From Planctomycetota bacterium (GTDB taxonomy: Bacteria > Planctomycetota > B15-G4): DNA of 64,000 nt. The stretch lies in assembly GCA_965248575.1 (NCBI GenBank), contig CBDFJQ010000002.1:2464001-2528000 (forward strand), given 5' to 3'. Shown here piece by piece: positions 57,719 to 64,000 of this stretch (positions are counted from its first letter, which is position 1; the number at the start of each line of letters is the position of its first letter). The position numbers and the translations under genes are program-made. The notes beneath the pieces are model-generated. The model searched no databases, was not told the origin of the DNA, and saw nothing but the letters and a program-made list of their open reading frames with translations.

Positions 57719-58641
57719 CGGCGACGGCGCTCCCGCATCTTCAGATAGGCCACCAAGGGGTCGACGACAGAGTCGCCCACGGGGATGTCCACAAGGTCCA
57801 CGCGGTGGCTCCCAAGCTGGGCACGGAGAGACTCCGTGCGATCTTCAGCGCGGGTCCGCATGGCCTTTCGCACGGCAGCCGAGCTGCTGTCCACCAACAG
57901 TTCGCGCCCGGTCTCCGGGTCACGCCAGCGGATCAGACCGACCTTCGGCAGCTCGTGATGCAGGCGATCCACCAGGCGCAGCGCCACCACATCGTGACGG
58001 CGCGCCAGCACACCCAACGAGCGGTCGAAGCCGTCGTCCAGGAAGTCCGAGAGCAGGAAGATGTAGCTGCGCCGCTTGAGGATGTGTGCGAGGTGGTCAC
58101 ATGCAATGGCGATGTCCGTGCCAGCATCCTCGGTGTCCCGATAGAGAGCCTCACGAATGATGCGGAAGGCCTGTCGGTTGCCGCTGCGGGGCGGCAGCTC
58201 CAACTCGACCTCGTCCGTGAACCCGAGATAACCGGCACGGTCCCCCGACTGCGTAGCACTGAACGCGAGCACAGCCGCCAGCTCGGCAGCGGATTGGCGC
58301 ACATTGCGTCGCGCTGCCCGTCGGCCAGCACCGGAGGGGGACGAACCGAGCCGTGTCGACGCCGAGAGGTCGTGCGCCAGGACCACGGTCTGCTCCCGTT
58401 CCTCGACGAATTTCTTGATGTATGGCCGCCCCGTCCGCGCCGTTACGTTCCAATCGATGGTTCGCACGTCGTCGCCGGGGACGTACTCGCGAACCTCCTC
58501 GAACTCCATGCCGCTCCCGCGAAACACCGAAGCGAAGCCGCCAGCGACCATGTCCGTCACCGCCTTGCGCGTGCGCAACTGCACGCGCTTGACGGCGCCG
58601 AGGATCTCAGCGGTGTCGATGTCGCTGGTCGTGTCGCTCAC
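57715..58641 (-). CDS. DUF58 domain protein
   Basis: SVFRGSGMEFEEVREYVPGDDVRTIDWNVTAR, EERE and LSDF. Confidence 0.95.
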   Translation of the reverse strand: MSDTTSDIDTAEILGAVKRVQLRTRKAVTDMVAGGFASVFRGSGMEFEEVREYVPGDDVRTIDWNVTARTGRPYIKKFVEEREQTVVLAHDLSASTRLGSSPSGAGRRAARRNVRQSAAELAAVLAFSATQSGDRAGYLGFTDEVELELPPRSGNRQAFRIIREALYRDTEDAGTDIAIACDHLAHILKRRSYIFLLSDFLDDGFDRSLGVLARRHDVVALRLVDRLHHELPKVGLIRWRDPETGRELLVDSSSAAVRKAMRTRAEDRTESLRAQLGSHRVDLVDIPVGDSVVDPLVAYLKMRERRRR

Positions 58642-58734
58642 CTGGGGAACTCCGAGGCTCTCGCGGGTCGTAAAAGCCGAGGCCGGTCAGACGGGCCGCA
58701 TCCGCGCCCCGAGACCGAGCCCGGCGCCAAGGCC

Positions 58735-59772
58735 CTAGGGCACGTTGATCTTGTCGAGGATGCGCGTGATGACCTGCTCCACAGGGATCTCCCGCGCCTC
58801 CGCTTCATAGCTGAGCAGGACGCGGTGCCGCAGCACGTCGTGGGCCACGGACTTGATGTCGTGCCCCTTCACGTAGGCACGGCCATCCAGGAAGGCGTGC
58901 GCCCGCCCGGCGAGGCCCAGGGAGATGGACGCGCGGGGGCTGGCACCCGTGTCAATCAGGGGAGCCAGATCCTCCAGCCCCACAGCAGCAGGGTCACGGG
59001 TAGCGCGCACCACGTCCACGATGTACGCCGTAACGAGCTCGTCAATGTAGACCTCGTCGAGCATGCCCATGGCGCGCTGCAACTGCTCGCGGCTCGTCAC
59101 CTGGCGCACCTCGGTGCGCGGCCGCGGACGAGCCATCTGTTCCACGATGCGCTGCTCGTTCTCCTTGCTCGGGTAGTCCACGTGCACCTTGAAGATGAAG
59201 CGGTCCAACTGCGCTTCCGGCAAGGGGTAGGTCCCCTGCTGCTCCAAGGGGTTCTGGGTCGCCATCACGAAGAAGGGCTTGGGCAGGTCAAATGTCTGGT
59301 CACCGATGGTCACCTGCCGTTCCTGCATGGCTTCCAGCAGCGCCGCCTGCACCTTGGCGGGGGCACGGTTGATCTCGTCGGCCAACACCAGGCCTGCGAA
59401 GATCGGTCCCTGGCGCACGCTGAAGGTGCCCTCCGCTGGGTTGTAGATCTGGGTGCCCGTCACGTCGGAAGGCAGCAGGTCGGGCGTGAACTGGATGCGG
59501 TGATAGGACAGATCCAGGGCTTGGGACAGGGTGCGCACGAGCATGGTCTTGGCCAGCCCCGGTACGCCCTCCAGCAACACATGGCCGTCCGCCAACATGG
59601 CGATCACCAGGCGCTCCACGAGGGGCCGTTGGCCCACCACCACCCGCTCCACCTCGTCCATGAGGTCGATCAGGAAGCGGGCCTCTTCCTTGATGCGCTC
59701 ACCGCGCTCCAGGATGTCTGACAAGAGTCTCTCCTCGACAAGGTCACGATCAGGTGCTGGGTGGAGCCCCAT
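58735..59772 (-). CDS. moxR: MoxR family AAA+ ATPase
   Basis: HVLLEGVPGLAKT, RIQFTPDLLPSD, DEINRAPAKVQ.ALLEAMQE, GTYPLPEAQLDRF and GASPRA. Start uncertain. Confidence 0.96.
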   Translation of the reverse strand: MGLHPAPDRDLVEERLLSDILERGERIKEEARFLIDLMDEVERVVVGQRPLVERLVIAMLADGHVLLEGVPGLAKTMLVRTLSQALDLSYHRIQFTPDLLPSDVTGTQIYNPAEGTFSVRQGPIFAGLVLADEINRAPAKVQAALLEAMQERQVTIGDQTFDLPKPFFVMATQNPLEQQGTYPLPEAQLDRFIFKVHVDYPSKENEQRIVEQMARPRPRTEVRQVTSREQLQRAMGMLDEVYIDELVTAYIVDVVRATRDPAAVGLEDLAPLIDTGASPRASISLGLAGRAHAFLDGRAYVKGHDIKSVAHDVLRHRVLLSYEAEAREIPVEQVITRILDKINVP

Positions 59773-59995
59773 GCCACAGGGCGCTGTCTCGGCCGGGTGG
59801 GATGGGCCGCCCCCGAGACCTCGACGCGCCGCGCCCCCCACACTCGACGGCAGGACTGCCGAAAGCAGGAAACGGGACGCCTTTCGGCCCCAGAGGGCGC
59901 GATGGGCCCGCTCTTTGGAGCCCCACCGGCCGGTCGGGAACTATACCGATCCCACCCCCGGGATTGTTTGGATGGAGTGTGGCGGGACAGCGCCC

Positions 59996-62083
59996 TCAGC
60001 CACCTGCCAGCAGATTCTCCACCACCAACTTGGTGGATGGGAACGCCCGCTCCCGAAGCTTGGCAACGCTAGGCCCTGAACGACCTTTCGCTGCCTCCAA
60101 CGCCAAGGGCCGCGCCCGAGCCAGGAGCTCCACGTCCGAGACCGGGTCCAGGACGAGGAAGCCGGGCATGCCGCTTTGCCGGGTGCCGAGCATTTCGCCC
60201 GGCCCACGCAAGCGCAGGTCCTCCTCGGCCAGCAGGAAGCCGTCGTCCGTGGAGCACAGGGCGTCGACGCGCTCCCGGGACTTGCCCGCCGCGGGCACCG
60301 GCCCCAGCAGCAGGCAACGCCCGGGGCGCTGGCCACGCCCCACCCGACCCCGGATCTGGTGCAAGGTCGCCAGGCCGAAGCGCTTGGGGTCCGGAATCAC
60401 CACGAAGGTCGCCGCCGGGACATCCAGCCCCACCTCCACGATGACGGTCGCCACGAGCACCGACAGCTTCCCGGCCCGAAATGCGTCGAGGATCTCGTCC
60501 CGTTCCTCTGGCTTCATACGCCCATGCACCGAACCCACCCGCACCCTCGGCCCCAGCTGATGCTTCACGACCTCCAGTGTGGCCTCCACCGAATGGCTCT
60601 CCTCTTCAGTGGAGGCGATGGACGGGCAGACCACATATCCTTGGGCCCCGCTCTGCACGTCGGCCCGCAGGGAACGCCACATGGCGTCCTGCTTGGCCAA
60701 GGGAACGTAGCGCGTCTCGCGCGGGGAACGCCCCGGCGGCAGCTCATCGAGAATGCTGACGTCGAGTTCGCCGTAGGCAGTCAGCGACAAGGTGCGGGGA
60801 ATGGGCGTGGCCGTCATCACCAACAGGTGCGTCTCTTCGCCCTTGCTGCGAAAGCGCACGCGTTGCCGGACTCCGAAGCGATGCTGCTCGTCCACCACCG
60901 TCACCGCCAGATCTGCGAACTCCAGGCGCTTGCCCTGCAGCGCATGAGTGCCCACGACGAGCGAGGCCGAACCCGTTGCCACCGCCTCGCGCGCCGCCCG
61001 ACGTTCGGCGGCAGTACCGCGCCCGCTCACGAAGGCCACCTTCGGCCCACGCCCGCGGGGCCAGCCCGCAGCGATCAGATCCTCCAAGGCCTGCACGTGC
61101 TGCCGGGCGAGTACTTCCGTGGGCGCCATGATGGCCCCCTGACGTTTGGAGGCCACCGCCGCCAACAACGCGTAGAAGGCCACCATCGTCTTGCCAGAGC
61201 CCACATCCCCCTGGAGCAGGCGACCCATGGGTCGCCGTTCTTCAGCGAGGTCGACGCGCAACTGCTCGAACACCCTGCTCTGGGCGCCCGTCGGTTCGTG
61301 CGGCAACTTGGCCAACACCTTGCGATGCAGCGCATCGCTGACACGAACGGCCGGGGAGCGCTGAGCCTGCAGTGCCGCGCGTCGCGCCCCCACCTCGAGC
61401 GAGAGCGCCCAGGCCTCATCGAAGGCCAGGCGCCGCCGCGCCACCCTGGCCTGATCCAGATCCTGGGCCAGGTGGATGTCCCGGAAGGCCGCCGCCAACT
61501 CCGGCTCGCCAGGCTCGAGAGCCCGCCATTCCTCCGGGGGCGACTCCTCCAGGATGGCCGCCAGCACCTTTCGATGGGTGCGAGGGGGGACGCCTCGCGG
61601 CAGGCGGTAGATGGGCAGGCAGCTGCTTCGGGGGCCCTCAGCCTCGTCGGGGAGCCGCTCGAAATCCGCCGCGACCAGACGCGGGATGGCATCCGGGCCC
61701 TCGGCGACCTCGGCCTTTCCCGCGGCCCAAAGGCGTTGTTTTCCGAGGCTCTTGGCCAGATAGGCGCGGTTGAAGAGCAGCACGAGGGCTTCGTCGCCGG
61801 CAGCATCCCGGACCCTCAGGCTGACGGTGCTGTGCCGCCCCCGCCGCCGCACCGACGAGCGCAGGACCTCCCCCACCAGGGCACCCCGCTGGCCGTCGAC
61901 CAGGGCCGAGACGGGCCCGGCCTCGGGCCTCAGGCGGTAGCGCTGAGGCAGGTGGTACAGCAATTCCCGCCGGGTCAGGAAGCCCGCGGCAGCATAGGAC
62001 GCCGCCCGCGCCGGCCCGACGCCGGGCAGGCCCAAAGGAGATCGATCGAGGAGCCGTTGGGGTGGAGCGGTGTTTCGCGTCAC
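59996..62083 (-). CDS. recG: ATP-dependent DNA helicase RecG
   Basis: RLLQGDVGSGKT, MAPTEVLA.QH, DEQHRFGV.QR, MTATPIPRTL, HQIRGRVGRG, DGF.LAE.DL.LRGPGE and an N-terminal OB wedge. Confidence 0.95.
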   Translation of the reverse strand: MTRNTAPPQRLLDRSPLGLPGVGPARAASYAAAGFLTRRELLYHLPQRYRLRPEAGPVSALVDGQRGALVGEVLRSSVRRRGRHSTVSLRVRDAAGDEALVLLFNRAYLAKSLGKQRLWAAGKAEVAEGPDAIPRLVAADFERLPDEAEGPRSSCLPIYRLPRGVPPRTHRKVLAAILEESPPEEWRALEPGEPELAAAFRDIHLAQDLDQARVARRRLAFDEAWALSLEVGARRAALQAQRSPAVRVSDALHRKVLAKLPHEPTGAQSRVFEQLRVDLAEERRPMGRLLQGDVGSGKTMVAFYALLAAVASKRQGAIMAPTEVLARQHVQALEDLIAAGWPRGRGPKVAFVSGRGTAAERRAAREAVATGSASLVVGTHALQGKRLEFADLAVTVVDEQHRFGVRQRVRFRSKGEETHLLVMTATPIPRTLSLTAYGELDVSILDELPPGRSPRETRYVPLAKQDAMWRSLRADVQSGAQGYVVCPSIASTEEESHSVEATLEVVKHQLGPRVRVGSVHGRMKPEERDEILDAFRAGKLSVLVATVIVEVGLDVPAATFVVIPDPKRFGLATLHQIRGRVGRGQRPGRCLLLGPVPAAGKSRERVDALCSTDDGFLLAEEDLRLRGPGEMLGTRQSGMPGFLVLDPVSDVELLARARPLALEAAKGRSGPSVAKLRERAFPSTKLVVENLLAGG

Positions 62084-62094
62084 AATGGGAGCCG

Positions 62095-63555
62095 ATGATG
62101 ACTTCTGACCTCACTCGCCGTGGCCTGTTTTTCTGGGTCTGCTGTTTCGGCGGTTCGGCCTCGGCGCTCGCCTTGGCCTCGCCGACCCCCAGCCCGCGCA
62201 CCGGTCCACCCACCGGCCCCGGGCCCAGCAGCACCTCGAACGCCCCACTCAATGCTCTGGTGCTTGGCGCGCAAGACGCTGCCGCCGACGAACTGTCCCG
62301 CTCACAGGAGCTGCTCGAACGAGCACGTTCTCGCTTGTCCGATGCACAGGAGGCCATCGAAGAGTTGGTCCACGCGTTGGACGATGACTATGCCCTGCTG
62401 AACAACTCAAGGGACGCGCCGAGCATCCGCCAGGCCTTGGTGCTGGCCATGTCCGACGCCGTGGAGACCGCCCGCTCCCGCATGGCCGCCAGTGCTGCAC
62501 AGGGCCGATCCATGATGCGACCCAGCCGCACGAGGGTCTTCTTGGAGGTCTTCAAGGATCCCGTTCGCAAGTCGTCGAGAGTCGACGTGCGCTTTGCCGA
62601 CTGGATCGCTGCGCGGGTGGCCGACGCCTTGGGTGCGCGCAGTCGCCTGGATGACGTCGACGCCCAGGAAGTGCAGCGCGTCGTGGACAGCCTGTTCGTC
62701 AGCGACGAAAGCTGGCCTGAGTTCTGGAACAGGAGCTTCCACCAATCCTTGCCCGAGGCCCTCGAATACTCGTCCGCCTTGAAGGCCTACGAAGATGCCG
62801 GGCTGCAGATGGAACGTCTGCGCTTCCCGGAACGCTACGGCCCGCGCGGGGAGCCGGCACCCCCAGGCATGCGCGTCATCCCCGGGGGCACCTACACCCT
62901 TGGCCCCAACTCCGGTTGGTCACGCCCGCGTCGCAAGCAGACCCTCAAGCCCTTCGCCTTGGACCGCCACGAGGTGACCCATCGCGAGTACGGCGCCTTC
63001 GTCGATGCCCAGCCCGCCATCCTCCGGACCGCCTTGCTGCCCCGCGGCTGGACCCTGTCGCCAGCCGGGCTGGCCGCCTACGACCCGGCCCGACGTGAGC
63101 ACCCGGTCGTGGCCGTGAACTGGTCCCAAGCAGCGGACTACGCCGCGTGGGCGGGCAAGCGCTTGCCCACGGAAGACGAGTGGGAAGCCGCCGCCGCGGG
63201 CGTCGAGGGCCGGGCCTACACCTGGGGCAATGGTTACTTCACGGGCCAAGCCAACGGAGACGGGGCCAACGAGGACACGGTGCCTGTGGAGAGCTATCCC
63301 CACGCCCGCTCACCCACGGGCTGCTTCGACCTGGCGGGCAATGTCTGGGAGTGGACGGCCACCCTCGAGGACGGCACCAACATCACGGAGTTACCGGACG
63401 GCCTCGTGAACATCGCAATCCGCGGCGGCAGCTACCGCAGCGAACGGCACGAGCTCACCACGCGCGCACGTTGGACGGCCCCCGGCCAAGATGCGTTCAG
63501 CTCTCCCAGCTACGACCGTCCCATCGGCTTCCGCTGCGCCAAGGACGTCCCTTGA
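62095..63555 (+). CDS. Secreted protein with C-terminal FGE-sulfatase (SUMF1/EgtB/PvdO-like) domain
   Basis: EVT..EY..F, HPVV.V.W..A..YA.WAGKRLPTE.EWE.AA, DLAGNVWEW, RGGS and IGFRC. Possible Tat motif TRRGLF. Confidence 0.88.
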   Translation: MMTSDLTRRGLFFWVCCFGGSASALALASPTPSPRTGPPTGPGPSSTSNAPLNALVLGAQDAAADELSRSQELLERARSRLSDAQEAIEELVHALDDDYALLNNSRDAPSIRQALVLAMSDAVETARSRMAASAAQGRSMMRPSRTRVFLEVFKDPVRKSSRVDVRFADWIAARVADALGARSRLDDVDAQEVQRVVDSLFVSDESWPEFWNRSFHQSLPEALEYSSALKAYEDAGLQMERLRFPERYGPRGEPAPPGMRVIPGGTYTLGPNSGWSRPRRKQTLKPFALDRHEVTHREYGAFVDAQPAILRTALLPRGWTLSPAGLAAYDPARREHPVVAVNWSQAADYAAWAGKRLPTEDEWEAAAAGVEGRAYTWGNGYFTGQANGDGANEDTVPVESYPHARSPTGCFDLAGNVWEWTATLEDGTNITELPDGLVNIAIRGGSYRSERHELTTRARWTAPGQDAFSSPSYDRPIGFRCAKDVP

Positions 63556-63602
63556 CCGCTTTCGCACCGCCGCCAGAGCACGCCCGTCCCGAGCCGGCCC
63601 CC

Positions 63603-63785
63603 ATGGGCTCGCGTTGGGAGACCCTGACCCAGCTGTTCGTGCTCGCTGCCGACCTCCTGTCCATTCCCTTCCACCTCATCGCCTTCCTCATGACTCGCGC
63701 CGCGCACCGACGTCGTTTCCTCAAGGCCCTCGACGAGGGATCCATCGCCTTCCGGCAGGGCTACCAAGAGACTCCCTCCTCATGA
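63603..63785 (+). CDS. Small hypothetical membrane protein
   Basis: 60-aa ORF with one hydrophobic segment. ATGA coupling to the next ORF. Confidence 0.5.
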   Translation: MGSRWETLTQLFVLAADLLSIPFHLIAFLMTRAAHRRRFLKALDEGSIAFRQGYQETPSS

Positions 63786-64000
63786 AGCTCCCGGGCACTC
63801 CGCTGCGCCATGCGGGCGGCAACTACCTGCTGGTGGAGGGCGGCTACAACAATGACACCCGCACGGTGACGCTCTTGGCGGAGCCGTCGAACGAAGCCTT
63901 CACCCATCCCGAGAAGGCGCAGCGCGTCGTTTGGGGCGAGCAGGGTGAGTGGTTCCCCATCTCCCAATGGGCGGTGGGCATGATCACGTTGCAGGAGGAC
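63782..64000 (+). CDS. Hypothetical protein, 3'-partial
   Basis: Open frame MKLPGTPLRHAGGNYLLVEGGY... runs off the window end. ATG overlaps the previous stop. Confidence 0.55.
   Translation, partial: MKLPGTPLRHAGGNYLLVEGGYNNDTRTVTLLAEPSNEAFTHPEKAQRVVWGEQGEWFPISQWAVGMITLQED

Noticed and set aside
51226..59772. moxR-DUF58-VWA-VWA-TPR-batD-batE cluster as a novel system
   Set aside because: Matches the already described Bat/MoxR operon organisation.
57583..62098. Long plus-strand ORFs 57583..59721 and 60176..62098
   Set aside because: Antisense to DUF58/moxR and recG, which carry clear family motifs.

Overview
High-GC bacterial chromosomal window, densely coding. A Planctomycetota origin is inferred from the gene content: coaE-rho linkage, a CRTAC1/ASPIC-UnbV protein, FG-GAP proteins and many secreted proteins. 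It holds about 55 CDS. These include housekeeping genes (ychF, cinA, tatC, coaE, rho, recG), a complete moxR-DUF58-bat-type operon, envelope glycosylation genes, sulfur-transfer enzymes and a BlaI/M56 regulatory unit. I saw no rRNA, tRNA, CRISPR array or transposase. Main observations: (1) Two genes that the ORF track splits at an in-frame TGA look like exported selenoproteins, a triple-YHS-like lipoprotein (CUxxC, TGA 1149) and a redoxin fusion (UxxC, TGA 27571). Both have a hairpin with the same C-G-U apex at exactly +21..+23 after the UGA, a candidate lineage SECIS. (2) An intergenic pair of inverted hairpin elements at 19.5-19.9 kb shares a 43-nt apex (40/43 identical), but their long stems are unrelated in sequence and each is self-complementary. 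(3) An A/T-richer two-gene unit encodes a 12-cysteine secreted mini-protein and a membrane-anchored partner. (4) Two unrelated secreted enzymes share a ~120-aa C-terminal domain. All product calls come from motif recognition, not database searches. Start codons are best estimates.
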